From positions 7,091 to 71,090 of the forward strand of contig CAKKPE010000107.1 of the NCBI GenBank assembly GCA_919901565.1: a stretch of 64,000 nucleotides of DNA, written 5' to 3'. The notes under the pieces were generated by a model that saw only the letters and a program-made list of their open reading frames with translations, was not told the origin of the DNA and searched no databases. Shown here piece after piece: positions 9,688 to 19,358 of the stretch (positions are counted from its first letter, which is position 1; each line of letters starts with the position of its first letter). This DNA comes from a bacterium. GTDB lineage: Bacteria; CG2-30-53-67. Both the position numbers and the translations under genes were made by a program.

Positions 9688-10140
9688 CTAAAAGGGGATG
9701 TCATCTTCAATTGTGGAGGCTCCGTCGGGCGCCTCATGTTCCGCTGCTGTATGATCAGAACCAGGACCTGAACCTGCACCTGCACCTGCACCTGCACCTG
9801 AACCGGGACCTCCCAGCATGATCATGTTCTCTGCCCGGATCTCGGTGGTATACCGCTTGTTCCCGTCCTTGTCTTCCCAGGACCGGGTGTTCAGCCTCCC
9901 TTCGATGTAGATCTGTTTCCCTTTGGTCAGATATTCTCCACAGATTTCACCGAGTTTGCCCCAAGCCACGAGATTGTGCCATTCTGTCCGTTCGTTTTTT
10001 TGTCCGTCCTTCCCGGTCCAGGTCTCATTGGTGGCCAGCGAAAAATTGGCCACGGCCGACCCATTCGCCGTATATCTGACCTCGGGGTTTTTCCCCAGTC
10101 TCCCTATCAGCTGCACCCTGTTTAAACTTTTCATGAACAA
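9688..10140 (-). CDS. ssb: Single-stranded DNA-binding protein
   Basis: OB-fold sequence [18 protein letters not shown]…[10 protein letters not shown], a Gly/Ala linker and the acidic DDIPF tail. Confidence 0.85.
   Translation of the reverse strand: MFMKSLNRVQLIGRLGKNPEVRYTANGSAVANFSLATNETWTGKDGQKNERTEWHNLVAWGKLGEICGEYLTKGKQIYIEGRLNTRSWEDKDGNKRYTTEIRAENMIMLGGPGSGAGAGAGAGSGPGSDHTAAEHEAPDGASTIEDDIPF
9763..9812. repeat. Hexanucleotide microsatellite (ACCTGN)n of about 7 units, encoding the GAGAGAG linker of SSB
   Basis: gacctgaacctgcacctgcacctgcacctgcacctgaaccgggacc, read directly. Confidence 0.8.
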
Positions 10141-10266
10141 CCCCTTTTTATTTTAAACCATAAAAGCAGGACAGAACATATGACTGTGAAGGACCATGTC
10201 GGGAATCAGGTTATCTTATAGCAGAAATTCTGAAAGGAAATCAAGGGGATTTTTTACTTAGTGTCT

Positions 10267-12114
10267 TCAGCTAAGACTGCTTTGAAGGACGACGAGCGCC
10301 TTGTCGTCCATTTTATTCTTTTCATAGTATTCCCGTTCCAGTTCCTCAAGGGTAAACCGGTCCAGGCCGCTATTTTCGAAGAAATCCTGCCTGAGCCGGG
10401 TATTCTGCTCGGCGATGATCTGCGGCAGGAGCTTTTCTGTATAATAGATCTCCTTGTTGAGGTTCAGTATGGCCTGGTTGAGGAGATAATCCAGAAGATT
10501 CTTGTTTACTTCCAGATAGACCGATAGTTCGGTGAAGAGTTGTCTTCGGATCGCTTCACGCTGTTGTTTAGAGTGGATCTTCGTGTAGACGTCCCGGATT
10601 CTTTCTTTTATGCTCTCATAGACCTTGAAATAAAGTTTCTGCTGCTCCTGGATCCCGGAAATGGCCTCAACCACATCTGCAAGGGTTTTGTCCCCGTTCT
10701 CGATGCACTGAACCCCTTCAGAGACGGCAAGGATCTTCTTCCTGCCGAAATGGGAGAGGTATTTGTTCTGTAACACGGAGAGGATAAAAAGTTCATGAAA
10801 GAGACTCGGATGGGTTTCATCAAATACCTTTTTATGCCCCAGGAGGCTTCTGAGCTTGTCCGTGGTCAGTTCGATCTCTTCGTTGAAGGCGAGCTGGTTG
10901 ATGATCATGTAGGTGGCGTCGTACCGGTCGAAATGTGTCACGATATATCCGAAGTTTTCCAAAGACCAGTCGTTCCCCTGTTTTTCTGAAAGTTCATCGC
11001 AGAGCCGGACGGTATCCATGAGGATGCCGTCGAATGTCGGATCCTGGAATTCCGTGGCTTTCTTTTTGGCCCAGAGAAGCTTTACAAGATCGTCTTTTGT
11101 AATCAGGCTCTCAATGCTCCCTTCCTTGATGAAAAGTCCCTCGAAGATCTCCCTGGTTTCCTGGATGTACTCGGGTTCGTCCACCTTCATCAGCTTTTTG
11201 TTTTTCAAGAGCAGGTCGTCCAGGATATTGGGAAGGACGATAGGGATATTTTTACGCACACAGAGGGTTCTCAGCCGGATTAGCCGGGCCTGCTGGGAAT
11301 GGCTGATTTCCTGTCTGCTCTCTCCTTCGATCAGTACATCCTTGTATTCATCGATCACCCGTTTGTTCTCAGGGTGTTTATAGATTACGTCGATCTTCAT
11401 CCGCTCCTGATCGTACTGATTGATCCGGTAATGAGATGCCAGGGCCTGGATTCTCTCCGCGTCCTTCGCGGAGAAGGACTTGTCCTTGTAGTAGATCTCT
11501 TTATACAGATTGTAGAAAGCCTCGTGGTGTTTGTTGACGATCCGGACCAGGAAGAAGAGATAACGGGAACGGTTCATCTCGGTAAGGATTTCCTGAATGA
11601 GACCCAGGTCGTCGCTCCGGCTCACAAAAGCAGAGCGTTTAAGGCGTTTTCCCATGCTTCGCAGGATATATTCCTGCTGCCGGCGGAACTCTTTGATCTC
11701 TTCGAAATAGACAAAGAAAAAATAATTGGTTATGGTGTTCCCTTCAAAGAAGATCTTTGCATAGTCTTCAAACCCGTTGCTTCGAGAAATAAAGTCAATA
11801 CCTTTATCCTCATCCGAGGCTACGGCGCCATACATGATCAGGCGGTTCAGGACCTCTTTTCGCATCAGATCTTCAATGGGCAGCTCCCCTCCGAACATGT
11901 ACTCACAAAAGCTCCCGCCGTTCCCTTTGTGTTGAAATCCATCGCGCGTAAGAATCAGTTCGTTGCCGAGAGAGAAGAACCGGGTATACGGTCCCCGCTG
12001 CGGATCCTTTCCCTCCTCGAAGAAATAGCGATGGCTGATATCATGACCGGCAATGGTCGTGAAGAACTCAATCTTATCAGATAGGGTGCCGTGTAGACGG
12101 ATGTCCTGGATCAT
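10267..12114 (-). CDS. Large conserved hypothetical protein (615 aa), no assignable domain
   Basis: Long uninterrupted ORF, consistent codon usage, sits between ssb and the PLD-like gene. Confidence 0.55.
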   Translation of the reverse strand: MIQDIRLHGTLSDKIEFFTTIAGHDISHRYFFEEGKDPQRGPYTRFFSLGNELILTRDGFQHKGNGGSFCEYMFGGELPIEDLMRKEVLNRLIMYGAVASDEDKGIDFISRSNGFEDYAKIFFEGNTITNYFFFVYFEEIKEFRRQQEYILRSMGKRLKRSAFVSRSDDLGLIQEILTEMNRSRYLFFLVRIVNKHHEAFYNLYKEIYYKDKSFSAKDAERIQALASHYRINQYDQERMKIDVIYKHPENKRVIDEYKDVLIEGESRQEISHSQQARLIRLRTLCVRKNIPIVLPNILDDLLLKNKKLMKVDEPEYIQETREIFEGLFIKEGSIESLITKDDLVKLLWAKKKATEFQDPTFDGILMDTVRLCDELSEKQGNDWSLENFGYIVTHFDRYDATYMIINQLAFNEEIELTTDKLRSLLGHKKVFDETHPSLFHELFILSVLQNKYLSHFGRKKILAVSEGVQCIENGDKTLADVVEAISGIQEQQKLYFKVYESIKERIRDVYTKIHSKQQREAIRRQLFTELSVYLEVNKNLLDYLLNQAILNLNKEIYYTEKLLPQIIAEQNTRLRQDFFENSGLDRFTLEELEREYYEKNKMDDKALVVLQSSLS

Positions 12115-12327
12115 GTGATTGAAGAAATTTCCCCGAATTTACAATAAGTTCCGTATGGTTTTATTTTATACAATCCGGCGCTTTCTGTAAAGAGGGAAAT
12201 TGAAAATGCAAAATATGTGCATTCCTCGTGGTTTGCAGCAAGCGGAGCGGGCTCAACGGGCATTCGTTGCACGTTCATGTCTCCCGAACTCCGCTGAATG
12301 ACTATCAAGGCTTGGGTTGTGCAATCC

Positions 12328-12873
12328 TTATTCTTTAAAAGCTCCAGGGTAGATGGCTTTCAGGTAGTTCAGGAGATATAAAGCCAGGGGTTGGGACCGG
12401 ATCAGGACCGAGGCCTCATTGTTGTACCGAAGAGCACTTTCCGTGAGATTGTGGCTCCCCATGATGACAACGGATCGGTCAATAATTACCAGTTTGATAT
12501 GCGTGGTTTTGTTCGGGTCATCATAAAAGACCTCAATGCCCGCATCTTTCAGGAGCAGGGCGGTTTTTTCATTGCTGCGATTAATCTCGTCTCTGTCCGA
12601 CCTTTCCAGAAGGACCCTGATTCGGACTCCGCGGTGTGCTGCGTTCCGGAGGGATGCGTGGATACGATGGGTATAACTTGTGGGGGACGATGATGTTTTA
12701 AACAAAAAACTTGAAATGATGATTTCCTGCCGGGCCTTGTCGATCTGTTCCTGGAGGACCCGGATGTATTCCTGGTTTACAAGAGGCTGAATCTCATCCC
12801 CTTTTGAAGACGCGGCCTCACTGCATCCCAGGCAAAACAGGATCATCAGGCAGATGGAAAAGGCTCTTCTCAT
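12328..12873 (-). CDS. Phospholipase D-like (HKD-motif) lipoprotein
   Basis: Signal peptide with a cysteine lipobox (LFCLGCSEA). HKD motif HIKLVIIDRSVVIMGSHNLTESA. Confidence 0.75.
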   Translation of the reverse strand: MRRAFSICLMILFCLGCSEAASSKGDEIQPLVNQEYIRVLQEQIDKARQEIIISSFLFKTSSSPTSYTHRIHASLRNAAHRGVRIRVLLERSDRDEINRSNEKTALLLKDAGIEVFYDDPNKTTHIKLVIIDRSVVIMGSHNLTESALRYNNEASVLIRSQPLALYLLNYLKAIYPGAFKE

Positions 12874-12953
12874 GGATTGACCTCGTAGTTGACCCCGTTA
12901 CAACCCGGCCTCGCGTAGTTCCGTGATACCGGCGGGACAGGGAGCAACGGGAT

Positions 12954-14228
12954 TTATTGAACGGTCTCGCTCTGTATGGGTTTTATCTTCACCTTGAGAA
13001 TGCGGTGCCTCTCCAGTTTATGCGCTGAAATCAGGTATTGTCCGAAGGAGATAGCTTCGGCCTCCTTGGGAATCTTTCCAAAGATGTCCAGGAGAAATCC
13101 TGCAATGGTCTCATATTCTCCTTCCGGGAGCTTGATCCCCGTCTCTTCAACGACTTCGTCGAGGGTCAGACTTCCGTCCAGGATCATGGCCCCGCCTGGG
13201 AAACGTTCTATCTTTTTGGTTTCCTCGTCGTATTCGTCATGGATCTCTCCGGTGATCTCTTCGAGAAGGTCTTCCATGGTGACCAGTCCGGCTACCCCCC
13301 CGTATTCATCGGCAACGATGCTGATCTGTCGTTTTTCCTTTCGAAACTCATCGAGCAGATAGTCCACCCGCTTGGTCTCCGGTACATACGCTGGTTTTCG
13401 AAGGACTTTCTGAAGTTCAAATCCCCCGGGGGCAGACCAGTAAGGGATCAGATCTCTGACAAAAAGAAATCCGAGGATATTATCAATATGCCCCTGATAG
13501 ACGGGATAACGGGAATGGCCGGACTCTATAATGGTTTCCAGGATGGTTTCGTTTGAGTCATGGATATCGATAGCAACAATATCAGTTCTGGGAACCATGA
13601 CCTCCTTGACAATGGTCTTGCCGATTTCAAAGATTCCGTGGAGCATCTCCCCTTTTTCTTTTTGCAAAATTCCTTCTTCCTCCCCATAGGTGATGATAGA
13701 CCGGATTTCCTCCATGGAGATCCGGAAACCCATGGGTTTCCCCCGGAAGACCCCCTTCAGCAGGAAGTTGGAGATGAGGGTAGTCACGCTCACCAGGGGG
13801 GAGAGGATCACGGTCAGCCATTGGATAGGACGGGCGACCAGAAAAGAAACTTCCTCGGCATGGTGAGCGGACAGAATCTTGGGGGTGATCTCGGAAAAGA
13901 TCAGGAGGAGGAAGGTAATGATCAGTGTGGCGGACAGCATGGCGGCTTCTTTCCCGAAAGCTGGTTCGAGGAGATGGGAGGCTAGTGCACCGGCCAAAAC
14001 CGAGGCGGCAGAGTTTGCCAGGTTGTTCCCTACAAGGAGGGTCCCCAGAAGCCGGTCGGTCTTCTTCAAAAGATGCTCGACCAGAATGGCCTTCTTGTCT
14101 CCCCCCTGCACAAGGTGCCTCAGCCGGGTTTTTCGGAAGGAAGTCAGGGCCGTTTCAGAACCCGAGAAAAAGGCGGAAACGACGAGCAAAATCAGGATGA
14201 GGACTATAGAAAGTTGTGTTTCATTCAC
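12954..14228 (-). CDS. CNNM/CorC/TlyC-family transporter-associated protein (DUF21 + tandem CBS + CorC_HlyC domains)
   Basis: N-terminal DUF21 membrane domain (LVVSAFFSGSETALTS), CBS pair, and a C-terminal transporter-associated domain. Confidence 0.85.
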   Translation of the reverse strand: MNETQLSIVLILILLVVSAFFSGSETALTSFRKTRLRHLVQGGDKKAILVEHLLKKTDRLLGTLLVGNNLANSAASVLAGALASHLLEPAFGKEAAMLSATLIITFLLLIFSEITPKILSAHHAEEVSFLVARPIQWLTVILSPLVSVTTLISNFLLKGVFRGKPMGFRISMEEIRSIITYGEEEGILQKEKGEMLHGIFEIGKTIVKEVMVPRTDIVAIDIHDSNETILETIIESGHSRYPVYQGHIDNILGFLFVRDLIPYWSAPGGFELQKVLRKPAYVPETKRVDYLLDEFRKEKRQISIVADEYGGVAGLVTMEDLLEEITGEIHDEYDEETKKIERFPGGAMILDGSLTLDEVVEETGIKLPEGEYETIAGFLLDIFGKIPKEAEAISFGQYLISAHKLERHRILKVKIKPIQSETVQ

Positions 14229-14252
14229 GCCGTGGAGTCTCCTGTTCCCGCT

Positions 14253-15689
14253 TTATCTTTCGAGGGGCCATTTATATGTGAAGAGCAAGGCGACCACGTC
14301 CCGTTCGGTCCGGGGGGGCGTCACAGCACCCTGCAGATCTCTCTTCTGTACGGTATGATTCCATGAAAGGGAACTTGAGAGGTTGCGGGTCATGGAGTAG
14401 CTGAAGCCGGTGCCGATTCGAAGGGTATGATAATTATCTTGTAAAGAGTCCGATTCATTTTTATTCTGGCTATAACGGCCGTTCAAAAAGGCGCTTAACC
14501 GGGCTGAGAGGCGGTGGTTATATTTGGCGCCGTAAGACCGGATGACCGATGTCCCCCCATAGGCGGCTCGTTGATTGGTACTCTGGTCGAATGACAGGGA
14601 GAGATCTGAACCCTGAAATGTCTTATCAACGGTGAGATTGTAAATCAATCCGGAACTTTTCTGCGAATCCTCGCTGACGGGTTTTATTGCTGCGCCGGGG
14701 ATGTTAATCAGTTTGCCGGTCAAGGCCACTGCAGGGAAGGGTTGAGGAATTGAATCTATGGTATAGTAGACAAGACTTCCGTCCGGAAGATCATGAGGGA
14801 CCTCCACTCCTCCTCCGGCTACAAGGGAGAGATTTTTTGTGATATCTTCTGTCTTTCTTGTGCCGATGTATAGGGAGGCATTCAGGGTGGATGAGAAGTG
14901 GTGCGTCCATCCGATATAGGCGGACTTGTTTTCAGACCGGTCAAACTCGGAGTTGAAAAAGAGTCCAAAAGATAAACTCCCGCTAAATGGATTATATCCT
15001 AAAGGGCTGTACAGTGCGTTTTGTTTTAACTCCAGATCGCTTCTTTCATAGTTAGAGGTGTTTGCGGAAATCGAGGTGAAGATGGTATTCAGGGGATCTA
15101 AAATATAGTTGAACGTGAAAGCCCCTTGTTTGCCGGAGGAGTCATATAGAGTAGGAATGGAATAACGGGACAAGGAGTCGGTAGCGCTCAGGCTGATGGA
15201 GGCCTTGGGTGAAAGGGAGTATTCCATGGATCCGGTCAGCGAATTGGAATCATTTCTGACTTTTTCCACGATGATGTCCGACGCTATATTGCTGTCCTCG
15301 CTTCTCAGGAGTCTATCCGAATCCTTCATACTGGCGAAACTGTCTGACAGAGATAAACGAAGGCGTTGTGTCAGGTTGTGCGAGGCATTCAGGGTGATGT
15401 AATGGTTGCCATAGTTATTCTCCGGGAGCGAAAAATATTCAAATCGGGTGGTCCGGTAGCTGAGATTCAGATCCGTGGCCGGTGATGTAGCATGAACGGG
15501 GAGTGTAATCGTGCCCTGATAGTTGAAGTCGCTTTGTTCATTGGATTGACTCCAATAGACATTATTATCGTATTCCAGGCCGAGCGAGGCAGTGGGGATG
15601 AAGGTGTAATTCCATTCAGCATGGGACTGAAAGGCCGTGGCCGTCTGGATCATGCAAAACAGGAATGACCAGAGAATTGTTTTTTTCAT
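14253..15689 (-). CDS. Putative outer-membrane beta-barrel protein
   Basis: Signal peptide starting MKKTILWSFLFCMIQTATA from the ATG at 15689 (GGGG ribosome-binding site). Long alternating-hydrophobicity, Ser/Asn-rich sequence typical of beta-barrel proteins. Confidence 0.5.
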   Translation of the reverse strand: MKKTILWSFLFCMIQTATAFQSHAEWNYTFIPTASLGLEYDNNVYWSQSNEQSDFNYQGTITLPVHATSPATDLNLSYRTTRFEYFSLPENNYGNHYITLNASHNLTQRLRLSLSDSFASMKDSDRLLRSEDSNIASDIIVEKVRNDSNSLTGSMEYSLSPKASISLSATDSLSRYSIPTLYDSSGKQGAFTFNYILDPLNTIFTSISANTSNYERSDLELKQNALYSPLGYNPFSGSLSFGLFFNSEFDRSENKSAYIGWTHHFSSTLNASLYIGTRKTEDITKNLSLVAGGGVEVPHDLPDGSLVYYTIDSIPQPFPAVALTGKLINIPGAAIKPVSEDSQKSSGLIYNLTVDKTFQGSDLSLSFDQSTNQRAAYGGTSVIRSYGAKYNHRLSARLSAFLNGRYSQNKNESDSLQDNYHTLRIGTGFSYSMTRNLSSSLSWNHTVQKRDLQGAVTPPRTERDVVALLFTYKWPLER

Positions 15690-15711
15690 CGTTACCCCTT
15701 TTTGAGAATTT

Positions 15712-15962
15712 GGTTCATTCGTGTTTAAATTGAACCAGTCAGAAATCAGAATCAAAGATCAAAAACGGGCAAGACATAGTAGCACCCGATTACGAATGAC
15801 TCGGTAGATCTTCCCGTTCAATCGAAAGTCAATAAACTTGAGCCATAAAAAAGCCCGTCTCAGAACCCGTATTGGTATTCATTTTTAATTTTTACTTTGC
15901 CATTTTGATTTTTGATTCTTTATTTAATCTCTATCGCTGTTCAACTTTCTTGCGAAAGAACC
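15712..15962 (-). repeat. Foldback intergenic element, copy A (short variant with internal deletion)
   Basis: Shares termini ggttcattcgtgtttaaattgaacc…gttcaactttcttgcgaaagaacc and the AT-rich arms aatcaaagatcaaaaa / attttgatttttgattcttt with copies B-E. Confidence 0.8.
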
Positions 15963-15991
15963 CAAAATTTATCAGCAAAGCAGCTCTCTTA

Positions 15992-17068
15992 TTACTTTTG
16001 ACATGGGTCTTTCGCCGAGGCTTTCAGCCACCGTTCTGCCGGGAGATAAACCGCCCGCCTGGACATCGAGGACTGGTAGAGCCGGTTCATGAACCGCCAG
16101 GGGTCTCCTCTTGTGGTCCCCCGGATCACAAACCGGTGGGCCAGTGTGCCGAGCCACTGGAACAGGTATCGGTTCGAGAGCGATGTATAGAGTTGCTTTG
16201 CAAAGGCCTCTTTCCAGAGGGAATTATAGTCCGCTCCATATATGATGCTTCGGGCGGCCAGATATCCGGAGGTCAGTGCATACCGGATCCCGAAACCAAA
16301 GAGAAAATCCTGGAATCCTGCAGCCTCTCCCACGTAGAGCCGATGATGACGGGCAGCGTTACGGGCCGGAAAGTAGCTGCCGTAACCGGTAAACCGCCGC
16401 CCCCCCTCCATGGAAAATGGGCGGATCTTCTGGAAAACCTCGATGCTCCGGTCAAGGTAGTCAGGCCCGTTTTTAAAGTCTTTGAAATAAACGCTCGCCA
16501 GCGTCGCCTGCCCCTGCCGGACAAGAAGGTAGGCATATCCCCAGGGCGCTATCCGGTTGTCCAGGTAAGCCATGATGGTATCATCAAGATCGGTCTGGAA
16601 CAACACGCCGCTGGCCATGGTATTGGGCTTTCCGGGGCCGGTCGCGATGATGTCCCCCTGGTCCGGGTTCATCCGCTGGTTGAATAGAAGAGAGACCCCT
16701 GCCTCCCGGGCCTGTTTTTCCAATGAACGGTCCAGGCTCCCTTCCATGGGGCCCCGAAGGGTAAGGTAGAAGAGAGGCCTTTGTGAATTCACGGTCCCTC
16801 CGATACCTCCCCGCATAAAGAACTCTCCCCGCGTATAGGGCTGACAGAGGAAGTCGGTACGGATCGACATCCCCTGAAGCGCAGAAAGGAAGTCCTCGCC
16901 GGTGCTCCAGTTTTCAATTCCCTGGAAATCCCCGCGGAAACGCATTCCCACGTCCGGGTTCCTCTCGAATACCGTAACGCCATACCCCGCATGGGCCAGA
17001 TGCACGGCCGCGCACAGCCCTGCCGGGCCGGCCCCGATGATCCGGATCATTTTATTCGTTTTTTTCAT
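15992..17068 (-). CDS. FAD-dependent oxidoreductase, geranylgeranyl-reductase-like family
   Basis: IRIIGAGPAGLCAAVHLA Rossmann motif. About 360 aa. The ATG at 17068 is preferred over the track's alternative TTG at 17074. Confidence 0.75.
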   Translation of the reverse strand: MKKTNKMIRIIGAGPAGLCAAVHLAHAGYGVTVFERNPDVGMRFRGDFQGIENWSTGEDFLSALQGMSIRTDFLCQPYTRGEFFMRGGIGGTVNSQRPLFYLTLRGPMEGSLDRSLEKQAREAGVSLLFNQRMNPDQGDIIATGPGKPNTMASGVLFQTDLDDTIMAYLDNRIAPWGYAYLLVRQGQATLASVYFKDFKNGPDYLDRSIEVFQKIRPFSMEGGRRFTGYGSYFPARNAARHHRLYVGEAAGFQDFLFGFGIRYALTSGYLAARSIIYGADYNSLWKEAFAKQLYTSLSNRYLFQWLGTLAHRFVIRGTTRGDPWRFMNRLYQSSMSRRAVYLPAERWLKASAKDPCQK

Positions 17069-17385
17069 GTCCAATTTGAACCACGCAGAGATTGGGAATC
17101 AAAGTATTTCCTGCACGCATTAAGAATCAAAGATCAAAAATAAAAAATCAAAATGACAAATCAAAATATAAAAATTGTGCATCCCCTCTTGGAAAGCCTG
17201 CCCTGGATTCAAGACACAGGATCCCAAACAGGCAAGATGCCGAAACACCCCCTTGTATCGCACGGCATTAAACTCGAGTCATAAAAGTGTCCATCTCAGA
17301 ACCCGTCTTGATATTTTTTTTATTTTTACTCCGTTATTTTGATTTTTGATTCTTTATATTTAATTTTTTATAGCCGTCGCTGTAT
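17063..17385 (-). repeat. Foldback intergenic element, copy B
   Basis: Left terminus ttttcatgtccaatttgaaccacgcag, the conserved core cctcttggaaagcctgccctggattcaagaca, and the AT-rich inverted arms. Its right arm supplies the last ~17 codons of nadE. Confidence 0.8.
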
Positions 17386-19142
17386 TTGTTCGTAATCGGC
17401 AGCCTGCGTCCTGAGCCGAAGGCCCTGGGTGTAATACGGATGCCCGGGGCCGCCTGTTGGCGTTTGTACTCGTTTTTATCGATCATCCGTATGATCTTAT
17501 GAACGGTTTTCCTGTCATAACCGAGATCCACGATCTCTGAGGCGGATTCATCCAGTTCCACATAGGCGTGCAGGATTCCGTCCAGGATCTCATAGTCCGG
17601 AAGGGTATCCGAGTCCTTCTGTCCGGGAGAAAGCTCCGCCGAAGGAGGTTTGGTCAGGATTCGTTCCGGGATCACCGGTTTTTTGGCAAGGCTGTTTCTG
17701 TAGCGGGCGAGTTGATAGACCATGGTTTTGGGCACATCGGAAATCAGGGCCAGACCCCCGGCCATGTCTCCGTAGAGGGTGGCATAGCCCACTCCCACTT
17801 CGGATTTGTTCCCCGTGCTGATGACCAGGTAGCCGAACTTGTTGGACAGGGCCATGAGGATCATCCCTCGGATCCGTGCCTGGATGTTTTCTTCGGTGAC
17901 GTCTTTTTTCCTGCCCTTGAAGACACTGGAAAGTGTCGCCATAAAGGCGTCATGGATATCGTGGATCGGGATGAGCTTCAACGGGATGCCCAGGTTCCCG
18001 GCCAGAATTTTTGCATCCTCCACGCTTTCCATGGAGGAGATCCTGCTCGGCATGGAGACCCCGACCACATGATCGGCTCCAATGGCGTCCACGGCCAGGG
18101 TTGCCGTCAGGGCTGAGTCGATCCCACCGGAGATCCCGATGACGACTTTCTTGAAGTCGTTTTTCCGCGCATAATCCGATAGACCGAGCTTGAGCGCCGC
18201 ATAGACCTCTTCGTAGGGATGATAGTCTTCATGGGCCTCATGCAGCTGGAAGGGGTTCTCTCTGGTGCCGAGTTTCTTTTTGCATGCGCCTTTATCGGCG
18301 CAGCGGGTGATCCCCTTGGAAGATATGACCGTCAAAACCTTGCCGCTCATTTTGGCTTCTAACGCCCTCCGGCGGTTCCGGGGGTTTTTCAGCCGGTCGT
18401 GGCGGACATCCTCCAGGGCCAGGCCGGATACAATCAGGTCTTCCTCAAAGGCCTTGCCGAGGGATATCAGGTGTCCCTGCTGGTCGGCAACCATGCTCCT
18501 GCCGTCAAAGACCAGGTCGTCCTGGCCGCCGACCATGTTGTTGAACATCAGGATGACGAGGCTATCCTTGGCCCTCGCGGCGATCATCTCGCGTCTTATG
18601 CCCGCCTTGCCGGCATGAAAGGGCGATGCCGAGATGTTGACCACGAGTTCGGCTCCGTTCCGGGCCAGTTCCACGGCCGGTCCGTCCGGGAACCAGATGT
18701 CCTCACAGATTGTGACCCCGAAAAGGGCGCAGTCCAGATCAAACAGAAAACTTTGGGTCCCTTGCTGAAAATAGCGGTGCTCATCGAATACATCATAGTT
18801 CGGAAGAAAGATCTTGTGCTGGGTGCCGATCCATTTCCCGTCATGCAGGACAGCGGCGGCGTTGTAGAGATCATCCGTGTAGTCCACAAATCCCACAATC
18901 ACACAGATCCCTTTTGTCTCCGGAAGGAGCTTCAGCAGGCATTCCCGGTTCTGCCGGATAAAGCTCGGTTTCAACAAAAGATCCTTGGGCGGGTACCCGG
19001 TTACGGCCAGTTCCGGGAACGAGAGGATCTGAACTCCCTTTTTACGGGCAGCCCGAATCCACTGGATAATTTTTTTACAGTTTCCCTCCAGGTCCCCAAC
19101 CACCGGGTTGATCTGCGCCATTCCCACGCGGAGGCATCTCAT
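17334..19142 (-). CDS. nadE: Glutamine-dependent NAD+ synthetase (N-terminal CN-hydrolase domain + NAD synthase domain)
   Basis: MAQINPVVGDLEGN… nitrilase-like N-terminus and the SGGIDSALTATLAV PP-loop. The C-terminus KKLNIKNQKSK is read out of repeat copy B. Confidence 0.85.
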   Translation of the reverse strand: MRCLRVGMAQINPVVGDLEGNCKKIIQWIRAARKKGVQILSFPELAVTGYPPKDLLLKPSFIRQNRECLLKLLPETKGICVIVGFVDYTDDLYNAAAVLHDGKWIGTQHKIFLPNYDVFDEHRYFQQGTQSFLFDLDCALFGVTICEDIWFPDGPAVELARNGAELVVNISASPFHAGKAGIRREMIAARAKDSLVILMFNNMVGGQDDLVFDGRSMVADQQGHLISLGKAFEEDLIVSGLALEDVRHDRLKNPRNRRRALEAKMSGKVLTVISSKGITRCADKGACKKKLGTRENPFQLHEAHEDYHPYEEVYAALKLGLSDYARKNDFKKVVIGISGGIDSALTATLAVDAIGADHVVGVSMPSRISSMESVEDAKILAGNLGIPLKLIPIHDIHDAFMATLSSVFKGRKKDVTEENIQARIRGMILMALSNKFGYLVISTGNKSEVGVGYATLYGDMAGGLALISDVPKTMVYQLARYRNSLAKKPVIPERILTKPPSAELSPGQKDSDTLPDYEILDGILHAYVELDESASEIVDLGYDRKTVHKIIRMIDKNEYKRQQAAPGIRITPRAFGSGRRLPITNKYSDGYKKLNIKNQKSK

Positions 19143-19358
19143 GGACCCGCTCCTTCCCTGAAAAAGATTATTTTGTTATATGGAGTCAGGCGTATCATAA
19201 AAAATAGAGTGAGAAAATTCAAGCGAATTCATACATCTCTGTCAAAACTCCTGCTGCGCAGCGTTTACTCACAAAAAACCTGATTGTTTTCCGCCCAGGG
19301 TTATACTATTATATCTGAAATTTGCCAAATATTATGCAACGGTCATCGAGGAGAAAGC

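Noticed and set aside
9672-9797. N-terminal extension [13 protein letters not shown]… of the pfk ORF in the track
   Set aside because: Produced by reading the (ACCTGN)n microsatellite of the ssb 3' end in another frame. pfk has a good ribosome-binding site at the ATG at 9671.
11299-12084. 261-aa and 156-aa plus-strand ORFs inside 10267-12114
   Set aside because: Antisense to the longer 615-aa ORF. No ribosome-binding site.
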